From an uncultured Eubacteriales bacterium (GTDB lineage Bacteria; Actinomycetota; Coriobacteriia; Anaerosomatales; PHET01), in NCBI GenBank assembly GCA_964500985.1, contig CAZCRB010000006.1:1-52707 (forward strand): a stretch of 52,707 bases of DNA, given 5' to 3'. Shown here one piece after another: positions 37,673 to 47,163 of this stretch; positions within the stretch are counted from its first letter, which is position 1; every line of letters starts with the position of its first letter. The notes under the pieces were generated by a model. That model searched no databases and was not told the DNA's origin. It saw only the letters and a list, made by a program, of their open reading frames with translations. Position numbers and translations under genes: made by a program.

Positions 37673-38467
37673 CTAGCCTCCCAATGTCCGGTGCGCCGAC
37701 TCCACGACCTCAAGCGGCGAGACCGCCGCCTCTTCGCCCGCCGGTGACGCCCAGATCCAGAACTCGATGTTACCCTCCGGGCCCTTGATGGGCGAGAAGG
37801 TCAGTCCCCTGACGCGCAGTCCGTTGGCGTGCGCGGCACCCACCGCACCTTCGAGCACATCGGCATGGACCGCCGGGTCTTTGACGACACCCTTCTTTCC
37901 CACACGGCCCTTACCGGCCTCGAACTGTGGTTTGACCAAGGCCACCAGATTCCCGTCCGGTGCAAGCAGCGCCGCGAGCACGGGCAGCACCGTGGCGAGC
38001 GAAATGAACGAGACGTCGCACACGACCACGTCGAACGGCGCGCCGAGCTCGACCGGATCGACGTGGCGCACGTTGGTGCGCTCGAGCACCGTGACGCGGT
38101 CGTCGGTGCGCAGCGACCAGGCCAGCTGTCCGTAACCCACGTCGACGGCGACGACGCTGACCGCGCCCTCCTGCAGCAGGCAGTCGGTGAAACCGCCCGT
38201 GCTGGCACCCACGTCGACCGCGCGTGCGCCGGCGACGTCGAGCTCGAACACGGCGAGGGCACCGGCCAGCTTGTCCCCGCCGCGCGAGACGAACCGGCGA
38301 CGCTGGGCCACCTCGATCGCGGCATCCTCGTCCACGAGAGACCCGGCCTTGGTGACCGGGAAGCCCGCGACGCGCACGTCTCCGGCGAGCACCGCGCTGC
38401 GCGCCTGCTCGCGTGAGGGGAACAGCCCCCTATCGACCAGTATGGCGTCGATGCGACGGCGCGTCAT
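37673..38467 (-). CDS. tlyA: TlyA-family rRNA 2'-O-methyltransferase (hemolysin A-like)
   Basis: S4 domain (RRRIDAILVDRGLFPSREQA) followed by an FtsJ-like MTase (VDVGASTGGFTD). The ATG at 38467 has a GGAGG SD. The track ORF (to 38521) adds an R/P-rich leader. Confidence 0.85.
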   Translation of the reverse strand: MTRRRIDAILVDRGLFPSREQARSAVLAGDVRVAGFPVTKAGSLVDEDAAIEVAQRRRFVSRGGDKLAGALAVFELDVAGARAVDVGASTGGFTDCLLQEGAVSVVAVDVGYGQLAWSLRTDDRVTVLERTNVRHVDPVELGAPFDVVVCDVSFISLATVLPVLAALLAPDGNLVALVKPQFEAGKGRVGKKGVVKDPAVHADVLEGAVGAAHANGLRVRGLTFSPIKGPEGNIEFWIWASPAGEEAAVSPLEVVESAHRTLGG

Positions 38468-40409
38468 CGTGGGCGGCCTCCGCCGCGATATCGTGCGAAA
38501 CGGGCGCGGCGAGCGGCACATCGATCAGTCGCCCAAGGATCGCCGCAGCGACCGCGTCAGGCGTCAGCCCGATCTCCTCGAGCAGCTTCTTCATCGCCCC
38601 GTGGGTCACGAAACAGTCCGGTACGGCAAGCCGCATGACCGGTACGGCCATGCCGAGGTCGGTCAGTGCCTCGCACACAGCGGCACCGAACCCGCCAACG
38701 CCGGTGTTCTCCTCGACGGTCACGATCAGCCGGTGGTTCAGCGCCGCCCACGACACGACCTCGAGGTCCAGGGGCTTGACCCACCGGGCATTGACGACCG
38801 ACGCGCTCACGCCGCTCTGTTCGAGCTGAAGCGCGGCCTGCTCGGCGACGTCCACCATGCGGCCGACGGCCAGCAGCGCGACATCGGTCCCCTCGCTGCG
38901 GACCTGCGCCTTGCCCGGCTCCCACCGCTCGGGGGCATGCGACTCGGCGCCGACGCCCGCACCTCTCGGATAGCGAACCGCGCACGGCCCGCCCAGCAGC
39001 AGTGCGGTGTGCAGGGCGTCGGCCAACTCGACCTCGTCGGCCGGCGCGAGCAGTCCCATGTTGGGGATCGAGCGCAGGTAGGTCAGGTCGAACACGCCGT
39101 GGTGCGTGGGACCGTCCTCGCCCACCAGACCGGCGCGGTCGAGGCAGAACACCACCGGCAGGTTCTGCAGCGCCACGTCCATGATCATCTGGTCGTAGGC
39201 CCGCTGCATGAACGTCGAGTAGACCGCGACGACCGGCTTGAGGCCACCGAGTGCGAGACCGGCGGCCAGTCCGACCGCGTGCTCCTCGGCGATGCCGACG
39301 TCGTAGAAGCGGTCCGGGTAGGCCTCTGCGAACTTGTCGAGACCGGTGCCCGAGGGCATCGCGGCCGTGATCGCGACGATGCGCTCGTCTTGGGCCGCCT
39401 CGGCGAGCAGCGCGCGCGAGAACGCCTCCGTGTAGCTGATCGCCCCGCCCGAACCGTTGGCCTTGCCGGTCTCAACGGAGAACGGCCCGATGCCGTGAAA
39501 CGCATCCGGGGACGTCTCGGCGTGCTCGTAGCCGGCGCCCTTGCGCGTGACCGCGTGGATGATGACCGGGCCGGCCGTGGTCCGAGCGCGGCGCACCGCC
39601 TCCTCGACCTGGCCGATGTCGTGCCCGTCGATGGGGCCGACGTACTTGAGACCCAGCTCCTCGAACAGCATGCCCGGCACGAGCAACTGCTTGACCGAGC
39701 CTTTGACCGCCTCGCCCGCGTCGACCATCACCTTGCCGAGCGAAGTCGTCGAGAGGCGCGATTCGACACCGTCACGCAGGCGCGTGTAGCGCGGGTCGAG
39801 GCGTACGCGCGCGAGGTAGCTCGCGAGCGCCCCGACGTTCTCGGATATCGACATCTCGTTGTCGTTGAGGACGATGACGAGCCGCGTCCCGAGATGCCCG
39901 ATGTGGTTGAGCGCCTCGAACGACATCCCGCCGGTCATCGAGCCGTCACCGATGACCGCGACCACCGTCTCGTCGCCGCCGCGCGTGTCGCGCGCGAGTG
40001 CCCGGCCAAGGGCGACCGAGAGCGAGTCGGATGCATGGCCCGTGTCGAACATGTCGTACTCGGACTCGTTGCGCTTGGGGAAGCCGCAGACGCCGCCGTA
40101 CTGGCGCAGCGTCGAGAACCGCTCGCGCCTGCCGGTAATCAGCTTGTGCACGTAGGACTGATGACCGACGTCGAAGATGATGCGGTCCTTGGGGCAGTCG
40201 AGTGCCCGGTGGATGCCGAGGGTGAGCTCGACGACCCCGAGGTTGGGAGCGAGATGTCCGCCGGTAGCCGAGACCGTGGCGATGAGCTCCTCGCGGATCT
40301 CAGCCGAGAGTTGCGCGAGCTGCGCCTCGTCGAGCGACTTCACGTCGCACGGCGCGCTGATCGTGTCGAGGATGCGCTCGCTGGCCAAAGGTCGGTCTTC
40401 TCCCTGCAA
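38430..40409 (-). CDS. dxs: 1-deoxy-D-xylulose-5-phosphate synthase
   Basis: Thiamine-pyrophosphate (TPP) motif AVIGDGSMTGGMSFEALNHIG; transketolase-like. The track start is a TTG at 40409. An in-frame TTG at 40388 (LASERILDTIS...) has an AGGGGGAAG SD, which would be unusually close to the codon. A C-terminal ~30-aa extension overlaps tlyA by 38 nt. Confidence 0.9.
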   Translation of the reverse strand: MQGEDRPLASERILDTISAPCDVKSLDEAQLAQLSAEIREELIATVSATGGHLAPNLGVVELTLGIHRALDCPKDRIIFDVGHQSYVHKLITGRRERFSTLRQYGGVCGFPKRNESEYDMFDTGHASDSLSVALGRALARDTRGGDETVVAVIGDGSMTGGMSFEALNHIGHLGTRLVIVLNDNEMSISENVGALASYLARVRLDPRYTRLRDGVESRLSTTSLGKVMVDAGEAVKGSVKQLLVPGMLFEELGLKYVGPIDGHDIGQVEEAVRRARTTAGPVIIHAVTRKGAGYEHAETSPDAFHGIGPFSVETGKANGSGGAISYTEAFSRALLAEAAQDERIVAITAAMPSGTGLDKFAEAYPDRFYDVGIAEEHAVGLAAGLALGGLKPVVAVYSTFMQRAYDQMIMDVALQNLPVVFCLDRAGLVGEDGPTHHGVFDLTYLRSIPNMGLLAPADEVELADALHTALLLGGPCAVRYPRGAGVGAESHAPERWEPGKAQVRSEGTDVALLAVGRMVDVAEQAALQLEQSGVSASVVNARWVKPLDLEVVSWAALNHRLIVTVEENTGVGGFGAAVCEALTDLGMAVPVMRLAVPDCFVTHGAMKKLLEEIGLTPDAVAAAILGRLIDVPLAAPVSHDIAAEAAHDDAPSHRRHTGR

Positions 40410-40502
40410 GGCGGCATCGTTGCTGCCGCGTCATATCGAGAATAGTACGCCGTCAGCGCCGAAACGAACCCGTCGCGGCCCCGTTACCCTGCCGCCGCCG
40501 GG

Positions 40503-40856
40503 TCAGGACGCCTGCGGCTCCTCGGTGGCGGATGCCTCGTCGGAGTCCTGCTCGGAGTCCCCGGCCTCCCCTGCCGGTGCATCCGTGTCACGGCCCTGTG
40601 CGTCGCCGGTCTCACCTTCCGGCGATCCCGAGGCGTCGTCGGCTCCGGTCCCGTCAGCGTCGATCGCTGCGGCGGGCGCGCCGGCGGCGTCCCAATCGGC
40701 GTGGTCGATCAGCTCCGTGCACTGGTTGGCCAGGCGCACGCCCTCCTCGAGCAGATCGAGGCTCTTCTCGAGCGAGGTGTCCTTCTTGCGGACCTGCGCG
40801 ACGATCTCCTCGAGCCGGGTGCGCGCCTGCGTGAACCCGTACGACTCCTCCGGCAC
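40503..40856 (-). CDS. xseB: Exodeoxyribonuclease VII small subunit XseB with acidic C-terminal extension
   Basis: The N-terminal 60 aa (ESYGFTQARTRLEEIVAQVRKKDTSLEKSLDLLEEGVRLANQC) match XseB. The remaining ~55 aa form a D/E/G/A-rich disordered tail. No xseA is adjacent. Confidence 0.85.
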   Translation of the reverse strand: MPEESYGFTQARTRLEEIVAQVRKKDTSLEKSLDLLEEGVRLANQCTELIDHADWDAAGAPAAAIDADGTGADDASGSPEGETGDAQGRDTDAPAGEAGDSEQDSDEASATEEPQAS

Positions 40857-40861
40857 TCAGA

Positions 40862-41278
40862 TCACTCCTCGGGTGCGTGGCGCTCGGCGATCCTGCCGAG
40901 CACCCCGTTGACGAACTTGGACGAGTCGTCGCCGCCGTACACCTTGGCGAGCTCGACCGCTTCATTGATGGCGACGCTCGGGGGCACGTCTTCGGCGTAG
41001 AGCAGCTCGTAGGTCGCAATGCGCAGGATGTTACGGTCGACCAGCGGCATCCGAGAGACGCTCCAGTGCTCGGAGGTCTCGCCCACGATGGCGTCGATCT
41101 CGGTCAGGTGCTCCTCGACCCCGGCCACCAACGTGCGGCAGAAGTCGTCGGGCTCACCATCTTCCGTGGAGTACGAGCCGTCAGCGAGGATCGCCTGGGC
41201 GCTGATGCCCGTGATCTCACGCTGGTAGAGGATCTGCATGGCCTGGCGGCGGGCCTTGTGACGTTCCGGACGCACCAC
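40862..41278 (-). CDS. nusB: Transcription antitermination factor NusB
   Basis: 138 aa with typical NusB helices ([14 protein letters not shown]...; [10 protein letters not shown]). Confidence 0.9.
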   Translation of the reverse strand: MVRPERHKARRQAMQILYQREITGISAQAILADGSYSTEDGEPDDFCRTLVAGVEEHLTEIDAIVGETSEHWSVSRMPLVDRNILRIATYELLYAEDVPPSVAINEAVELAKVYGGDDSSKFVNGVLGRIAERHAPEE

Positions 41279-41281
41279 GGG

Positions 41282-41632
41282 CTACTCTGCAAACACGAGT
41301 CCGTCGACGAACACGTCGACGCACCCGACTTCGGTCCCGACCTGGCTGGCGAGCGCCTCGATTACGGCCGCCTGCACTGCGGCCGCGACGTCGCGCAGCT
41401 TGCATCCGTACTCCGCCTGGATGTGCACGGTGACGGAGAGCTGCTCCGCCTCATCGATTATCACGTCGACGGCACGCGCCTGGCCCTTGCGAGAGCCCTT
41501 CTGCACCAGCCCGGCGAGTCCGGGGGCACCGACGGCGGCAACGCCCTCGACGCCCTCAGCGGCGAGCGTGACGATGGTATCGAGGACTCCCGGCGCGACG
41601 CCGAGGCCCTCGAGTCGAATCTCTTCAGTCAT
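41282..41632 (-). CDS. Asp23/Gls24-family protein (alkaline shock protein-like)
   Basis: 116 aa. It sits between accC and nusB, as the Asp23-family yqhY does in Bacillus. Ala/Val/Gly-rich composition typical of the family. Confidence 0.85.
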   Translation of the reverse strand: MTEEIRLEGLGVAPGVLDTIVTLAAEGVEGVAAVGAPGLAGLVQKGSRKGQARAVDVIIDEAEQLSVTVHIQAEYGCKLRDVAAAVQAAVIEALASQVGTEVGCVDVFVDGLVFAE

Positions 41633-41659
41633 GGGAAGTCTCCTAAAACGAGCGGCCCG

Positions 41660-43009
41660 TCAGGCGCCGCCCATCTCCGTATCGATGAAGTCAGTATAGA
41701 CCTCGCCGCGCTCGAAAGCGGGCGTTTCGAGCACGCGCAGGTGGAACGGGATCGTCGTCGGGATGCCGGTGACGATGAACTCGTCGAGCGCACGGTGACC
41801 GCGAGCGATCGCCTCCTCGCGCGTCTCGGCCCAGACGATGAGCTTGCCGAGCAGGGAATCATACGTGGGCGGCACGCGGTAGCCGGAGTACACGTGCGAG
41901 TCCACGCGCACCCCAAAGCCGCCCGGCGCGTTGAAGACGTTGATGAGGCCGGGGTGGGGCCGGAAGTTGTGCGCCGGGTCCTCGGCGTTGATGCGGAACT
42001 CGATCGCGTGCCCGCGCAAGACGATGTCCTCCTGGCGGGTGTGCTTCATCACTTCGCCGGATGCGATCCGGATCTGCTCCTTGATGATGTCGACCCCGGT
42101 GATCTGCTCGGTCACGGGATGCTCGACCTGCACGCGCGTGTTCATCTCCATGAAGTAGAACCGGCCGTCGGTGTCGAGCAGGAACTCGATCGTGCCCGCG
42201 CCGGTGTAGTCCACCGCCCGCACGAGCTTGAGCGCGGCCTCGCCCATCTGCGCGCGCAGCTCGGGGCTGAGCGCCGGCGACGGCGCCTCCTCCACGAGCT
42301 TCTGGTGCCTGCGCTGGATCGAGCAGTCGCGCTCGAACAGGTAGACCGCGTTGCCGTGGGTGTCCGCCAGCACCTGGATCTCCACGTGGCGCGGGCGCGC
42401 GAGGTACTTCTCGAGATAGACGGTGTCGTTGCCGAACGCCGCGGCGGCCTCGGTCTTGGCGGCCACCAGGTTGGCGCGAAGGTCCTCAGGGTCTTGGGCG
42501 ACGCGCATGCCCTTGCCGCCGCCACCCGCCGAGGCCTTGACCAGGACCGGGAAGCCGACCTGCTCGGCGAAGGCGAGTGCCTCCTCGTAGGACTCGACCG
42601 GACCGTCACTGCCCGGGACGGTCGGGACCCCCGCCGCCGCAGCGGTCGAGCGCGCCACGGCCTTGTCGCCCATGCGGTCGATCGCGTCCGGCGTCGGGCC
42701 GATGAACTGGATGCCCGAGTCCTCGCAGGCACGCGCGAAACCGGAGTTCTCGGCGAGGAACCCGTATCCCGGGTGGATCGCCTGGGCTCCGGACGTCAGA
42801 GCGGCCGAGATGATGTTGGGCATGTTGAGGTAGCTCAGCGCCGAAGGCGCCGGGCCGACGCAGACGGCGCGGTCCGCCATCATGACCGGCAGCGACTCCT
42901 TGTCGGCCTCCGAGTACACCGCGACGGTCTCGACACCCATCTCGCGGGCCGCACGGATGATCCGCAGGGCCACCTCACCGCGGTTGGCGATCAGTATCCG
43001 ATCGAACAC
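41660..43009 (-). CDS. accC: Biotin carboxylase (AccC / pyruvate carboxylase subunit A-like)
   Basis: 449 aa with N-terminal MFDRILIANRGEVALRIIRA and an ATP-grasp domain. Confidence 0.9.
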   Translation of the reverse strand: MFDRILIANRGEVALRIIRAAREMGVETVAVYSEADKESLPVMMADRAVCVGPAPSALSYLNMPNIISAALTSGAQAIHPGYGFLAENSGFARACEDSGIQFIGPTPDAIDRMGDKAVARSTAAAAGVPTVPGSDGPVESYEEALAFAEQVGFPVLVKASAGGGGKGMRVAQDPEDLRANLVAAKTEAAAAFGNDTVYLEKYLARPRHVEIQVLADTHGNAVYLFERDCSIQRRHQKLVEEAPSPALSPELRAQMGEAALKLVRAVDYTGAGTIEFLLDTDGRFYFMEMNTRVQVEHPVTEQITGVDIIKEQIRIASGEVMKHTRQEDIVLRGHAIEFRINAEDPAHNFRPHPGLINVFNAPGGFGVRVDSHVYSGYRVPPTYDSLLGKLIVWAETREEAIARGHRALDEFIVTGIPTTIPFHLRVLETPAFERGEVYTDFIDTEMGGA

Positions 43010-43018
43010 AGGCGCTCC

Positions 43019-44881
43019 CTAGACCGGCTCGTAGTAGAACAACACGGTGCCGTACTCGACCGGGTCGCCGTTGGCGAGCGCGACCTCGCGGATGACGCCG
43101 CCCTCTTCGGCGACGATCTCGTTCATCAGCTTCATCGCCTCGACGATGCACAGCGGCTGACCCTCGGAAACGGTGTCGCCGACGGCCACGAAGTCGGCGG
43201 CTCCGGGCGCGGGCGCGGCATAGTACGTGCCGACCATCGGAGCGACGACCGTCTTCCAGCTCGCCGGACGCCCACCGGGCGCGGCCTCGGCGGCCGGCGC
43301 GGCCGCAGCTGCGGCTTCGGCAACGGGCGCAGCGGCAGGGGCCGCAGCAGCGGCAGCCACGGGCGCTACGATTGCGCCCGCCTTGCGCACGACGACCCTG
43401 TTCTCGCCCTCTTCGATGATGACTTCGGCCAAATCGGAGGCCTCGACCATCTTGATCAGCTCACGGATCTGATTGACGTCCACCTGGTCATCCTCCTTGA
43501 CGGTATGAACCTCTTCGCTCATGAGGAAGACCGCACCTTCGGCCCCCTCCTTGTGGCGCTCCAAGTACGCGCGTGCCTCATTGGGGAACAGCGCGTACAT
43601 CAGCACGTCTTCCTCGCTGTGCGCGAGGTCGCCCACCTCTGCCTCGACCTGTGCGTACGTGGTCGTGACCAGGGAACCCGGGCGAATGTCGGCAGCCAGG
43701 GGCGTCTCGTCTCCGAGGACCTTGGCGACGATCTCCTTGCTCATGGGGCCCGGCGCCTTGCCGTAGTAGCCCCGGATGTAGTCCTTCATCTCCTGCGGCA
43801 CGATGTTCCATCGCTTGCCGGTCAGGACGTTGATGACCGCCTGCGTACCCACGATCTGCGAGAGCGGCGTCACGAGCGGCGGGTAGCCGACCTCGGCGCG
43901 GACCTTGGGGATCTCGGCCAGCACGTCGGGGAGCCGGTCGGCGGCCTTCTGCAGCTCGAGCTGGCTCACGAGGTTGCTCATCATGCCGCCCGGAACCTGG
44001 TGGCTGAAGACCTCCATCGACAGCAGCGTGGTGATGCCGCGCTTGAGGCCCTTCTTCGAGCGCACGTCCTCCCAGTACTCGGCGATCTCGAAGAGCAGGT
44101 CCAGATCGATGCCCGAGTCGTAGGGGCTCTCCTTGAGCGCGGCCACGATCATCTCGACCGCCGGCTGGCTGTTGCCGAAGGCAAGCGCCACGACCGCGGT
44201 GTCGATGATGTCGGCGCCCGCCTCGGCGGCCTTCAGGTAGTTCATGGGAGCCATGCCGCCGATGTAGTGGCAGTGCACGTGAACCGGCAGGCCGACCTCT
44301 TCTTTGAGCGCGCGGACCATCTTCTCGGTACGGAACGGCGTCAGCATGCCGGCCATATCCTTGATGGCGATGGTGTCCGCGCCCAGCTCCTTGAGCTGCA
44401 TCGCGTAGTCGAGATACGAGTCCAGCGTGTGCACGGGCGAGACGGTGTAGCTGATGGCGCCCTCGAAATGGCCGCCCGCCTCTTTGACCGCGCGCGCCGG
44501 CACCTCGACGTTGCGGATGTCGTTGAGCGCGTCGAACACGCGGAACACGTCGATGCCGTTGCGCTTGGAAGCGGCGCAGAAGCGCGTGACGATCTCGTCG
44601 CTGTAGTGCTTGTAACCGACGAGGTTCTGTCCGCGAAGCAGCATCTGCAGGGGCGTGTTGGGACAGTGGCGCTTGATCACCCGCAAGCGCTCCCACGGGT
44701 TCTCGTCCAAGAACCTCAGACAGGAGTCGAACGTGGCTCCGCCCCACACCTCAAGAGACCAGTAGCCCACCTGGTCCATCTTGGGCAGGATCGGGAGCAT
44801 GTCGCCGATCTCCATACGTGTGGCCCACAGCGACTGGTGCGCGTCCCTGAGGGTCGTATCAGTGATGTGAACAGGTCGCAT
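43019..44881 (-). CDS. Pyruvate carboxylase subunit B / oxaloacetate decarboxylase alpha-like protein (carboxyltransferase 5S domain + C-terminal biotinyl domain)
   Basis: TIM-barrel carboxyltransferase with metal site VHVHCHY, then an Ala/Pro linker and the biotinyl motif EAMKLMN at the C-terminus. The ATG at 44881 (MRPVHITDTTLRDAHQ) has AAGGGGA plus 6 nt. The track start (44983) adds 34 atypical residues. Confidence 0.85.
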   Translation of the reverse strand: MRPVHITDTTLRDAHQSLWATRMEIGDMLPILPKMDQVGYWSLEVWGGATFDSCLRFLDENPWERLRVIKRHCPNTPLQMLLRGQNLVGYKHYSDEIVTRFCAASKRNGIDVFRVFDALNDIRNVEVPARAVKEAGGHFEGAISYTVSPVHTLDSYLDYAMQLKELGADTIAIKDMAGMLTPFRTEKMVRALKEEVGLPVHVHCHYIGGMAPMNYLKAAEAGADIIDTAVVALAFGNSQPAVEMIVAALKESPYDSGIDLDLLFEIAEYWEDVRSKKGLKRGITTLLSMEVFSHQVPGGMMSNLVSQLELQKAADRLPDVLAEIPKVRAEVGYPPLVTPLSQIVGTQAVINVLTGKRWNIVPQEMKDYIRGYYGKAPGPMSKEIVAKVLGDETPLAADIRPGSLVTTTYAQVEAEVGDLAHSEEDVLMYALFPNEARAYLERHKEGAEGAVFLMSEEVHTVKEDDQVDVNQIRELIKMVEASDLAEVIIEEGENRVVVRKAGAIVAPVAAAAAAPAAAPVAEAAAAAAPAAEAAPGGRPASWKTVVAPMVGTYYAAPAPGAADFVAVGDTVSEGQPLCIVEAMKLMNEIVAEEGGVIREVALANGDPVEYGTVLFYYEPV

Positions 44882-44951
44882 CGCAAATCCCCTTGCTTGC
44901 GTAACGTGGCGAGCGGCCCCGGCGCACGGATGCGCGCCGCGTAGTCCGAAG

Positions 44952-44996
44952 ATTATATATGACACCGGACGGGTCGGATACACACGACCCGCCCGG
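44952..44996 (-). terminator. efp terminator hairpin followed by an A/T-rich TATATAAT block (likely also the -10 of the pycB-accC promoter)
   Basis: Stem CCGGGCGGGTCG / CGACCCGTCCGG (12 bp, one G-U pair) with an 8-nt loop. It is followed on the minus strand by UGUCAUAUAUAAUCUU. TATAAT lies about 75 nt upstream of the pycB ATG. Confidence 0.45.
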
Positions 44997-45020
44997 AGCG
45001 GTCACTCTGTCGGTGAAGCG

Positions 45021-45581
45021 CTAGACGCGCGTGATGTAGCGGCCGTCGCGCGTGTCGATCTTCAGCTTGTCACCCGTGTTGACGAACATGGGCACCTGGA
45101 CGACGGCGCCGGTCTCGAGCGTGGCCGGCTTGGTGCCGCCCTGGACCGTGTCGCCCTTGAAGCCCGGATCGGTCTCGGTGACCTCGAGCTCGACGAACAT
45201 CGGCGGCTCGACGCCCATGTACTCGCCATCAGCGGTCTGGATCTCGACCTCGTCGGTCTCCCGGAGCCACTTGGCGGCCTCGCCCACGAACGCGGCGTCG
45301 AGCTCTACCTGCTCGTAGCTGGTGTTGTCCATGAAGTGATACGTGGCGCCATCGTTGTAGAGGTACTGCATCTTCTTGGTCTCGATGCGCACGTCGTCGA
45401 ACTTCTCGCCGGCACGGAAGGTGTAGTCGACCACGCGGCCGGACTGCAGCTCCTTGAGCTTGGTGCGGACGAACGCGCCACCCTTGCCGGGCTTGACGTG
45501 CTGGAACTCGATGATGACCCAGCGCTTGCCCTCGTGGACGATGCACATGCCGTTCTTGAACTGAGCGGTGGTGACAGACAC
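45021..45581 (-). CDS. efp: Elongation factor P
   Basis: KPGKGGAFVRTKLK loop plus KOW and OB domains. The GTG at 45581 (VSVTTAQFKNG...) is preceded by GAAGGAG. The track start (45599) adds 6 residues and has no SD. Confidence 0.9.
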   Translation of the reverse strand: MSVTTAQFKNGMCIVHEGKRWVIIEFQHVKPGKGGAFVRTKLKELQSGRVVDYTFRAGEKFDDVRIETKKMQYLYNDGATYHFMDNTSYEQVELDAAFVGEAAKWLRETDEVEIQTADGEYMGVEPPMFVELEVTETDPGFKGDTVQGGTKPATLETGAVVQVPMFVNTGDKLKIDTRDGRYITRV

Positions 45582-45628
45582 AGTGGGACGCTCCTTCACA
45601 CTATCGCCCGCACGACGCGGGCGCTGGT

Positions 45629-46717
45629 CTACAACTCGAGAAGATCCTTGGTCGAACGGGTCAGCACGCGCGCGCCACCCTCTTCAACGACCACCAAGTC
45701 CTCGATTCTAACACCGCCGAACCCCGGCAGGTACACGCCCGGCTCGATGGTGATGACGCTGCCGGACAGCACGCTCTTGGCGCCGCGCGGCCCCACGCTC
45801 GGCAGTTCGTGCACGGCCATGCCCACGCCGTGCCCGAGACCGTGGCCGAACGCCTCGCCAAAGCCGCGCTCCACGATCACCGCGCGGGCCGCTGCGTCGA
45901 TGTCCCGGCCCGGGACGCCGGGACGCACCGCGGCGATGCCCGCGAGGTTGGCCGCGAGCACGGTGTCGTAGATCTCGCGCTGACGATCGCCGGCCTTGCC
46001 CACCACGACGGTGCGCGTCATATCGGCACAGTAGCCGCCCATGCGCGCGCCGAAGTCCATCTTGAGGAAGTCGCCGGGCTCGACGGCGCGATCCGTCACC
46101 TTGGCGTGCGGCAGCGCGGAGTTAGGGCCGCTGGCGATGATGGCCGCAAACGCGACGCCCTCGCTGCCGTGCTTGCGCATGAAGAACTCGATCTCGAGCG
46201 AGATCTCGCGCTCGGTACGACCGGCGGCGATGTAGCCCAGGATGTGATCGAACGCCGCGTCGGTCAGCTGCTGCGCCGCCGCGATACGCTCGATCTCCTC
46301 GGCGACCTTGACCTGGCGGATCTCCTCCACCCAGCCGTCGACCGCCTCGACGTTGCCGTCGAACTGCTCGGAGACGAACCGGAAGCGCCCGAACGGCACG
46401 GACTCCTCGAGCGTCAGCGACCCGATGCCCTCGGCTGCCAGATCCGCGCACAGCGTGATGTAGAGGTTCTCACGAGCGACCCTGACCTGCCAGGTGGTTC
46501 CCTCGGCGGCGCGGGTGCACGCCTCGGCGTAGCGGGTGTCGGTGTAGAGCACGGTATCGGACGCCGTGACCACGGCGGCATGGGCGTCCTCGTCGTCGAA
46601 CACACCCTCGAAACCGGTGAGATAGGCGACGTTGACCGGATCGGTGACGACTGCGGCGCCGTACCCGGCGTCGGCGAGCCGCGCGCGCAGTGACTGGATC
46701 CTGCGGACCGCGTTCAT
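45629..46717 (-). CDS. pepP: Xaa-Pro aminopeptidase/dipeptidase (M24 family)
   Basis: 362 aa with M24 metal ligands (D...D...HGLGHGVG...E...E pattern: [21 protein letters not shown]). It is the standard neighbour of efp and aroQ. Confidence 0.9.
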   Translation of the reverse strand: MNAVRRIQSLRARLADAGYGAAVVTDPVNVAYLTGFEGVFDDEDAHAAVVTASDTVLYTDTRYAEACTRAAEGTTWQVRVARENLYITLCADLAAEGIGSLTLEESVPFGRFRFVSEQFDGNVEAVDGWVEEIRQVKVAEEIERIAAAQQLTDAAFDHILGYIAAGRTEREISLEIEFFMRKHGSEGVAFAAIIASGPNSALPHAKVTDRAVEPGDFLKMDFGARMGGYCADMTRTVVVGKAGDRQREIYDTVLAANLAGIAAVRPGVPGRDIDAAARAVIVERGFGEAFGHGLGHGVGMAVHELPSVGPRGAKSVLSGSVITIEPGVYLPGFGGVRIEDLVVVEEGGARVLTRSTKDLLEL

Positions 46718-47160
46718 CGACGAGCCTCCGCCAGCGAGACGGCGGCACGCAGGCCGAGCAGGTAGCTCTCGACCCCGAACCCGGAGATCTGTCCGGCCGC
46801 GACGGGCGCGATCACGCTCGTCGCACGGAACGCCTCGCGGGCGTGGATGTTGGAGAGGTGGACCTCGACCACGGGCACGCCGATCGCGGCGACCGCGTCA
46901 CGCAGCGCATACGAGTAGTGCGTCAGCGCGCCGGGGTTGAACACCACCGCGTCGAACGTCGCGCGCGCATCGTGCAAAGCGTCGATGAGCGCGCCCTCGT
47001 GATTGGACTGCACGAACGCCATCTCCGCGCCGAGCTCGGCGGCCAGCGCGGCGGCCCGCATCTCGACGTCGGCCAGGGTGGCCGAGCCGTAGACGCCGGG
47101 CTCACGCTCCCCGAGCAGGTTCAGATTGGGACCGTTGAGCACGAGTACGCGCACCGTCAC
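46714..47160 (-). CDS. aroQ: 3-dehydroquinate dehydratase, type II
   Basis: 148 aa; [21 protein letters not shown]...HLSNIHARE. Overlaps pepP by 4 nt. Confidence 0.9.
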   Translation of the reverse strand: MTVRVLVLNGPNLNLLGEREPGVYGSATLADVEMRAAALAAELGAEMAFVQSNHEGALIDALHDARATFDAVVFNPGALTHYSYALRDAVAAIGVPVVEVHLSNIHAREAFRATSVIAPVAAGQISGFGVESYLLGLRAAVSLAEARR

Positions 47161-47163
47161 AGG

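Noticed and set aside
40877-44944. 1355-aa plus-strand ORF, and similar very long ORFs (16634..18688 +, 28270..30585 +, 38187..40445 +, 25562..27238 +, 20511..22022 +, 22029..23345 +, 46690..48483 +, 30622..32373 -, 1888..3270 +)
   Set aside because: All are antisense to genes with unambiguous family motifs. Their translations are R/G/D/H/A-rich low-complexity strings. Third-position GC is lower than in the sense frames. Long stop-free antisense frames are expected at ~70% GC.
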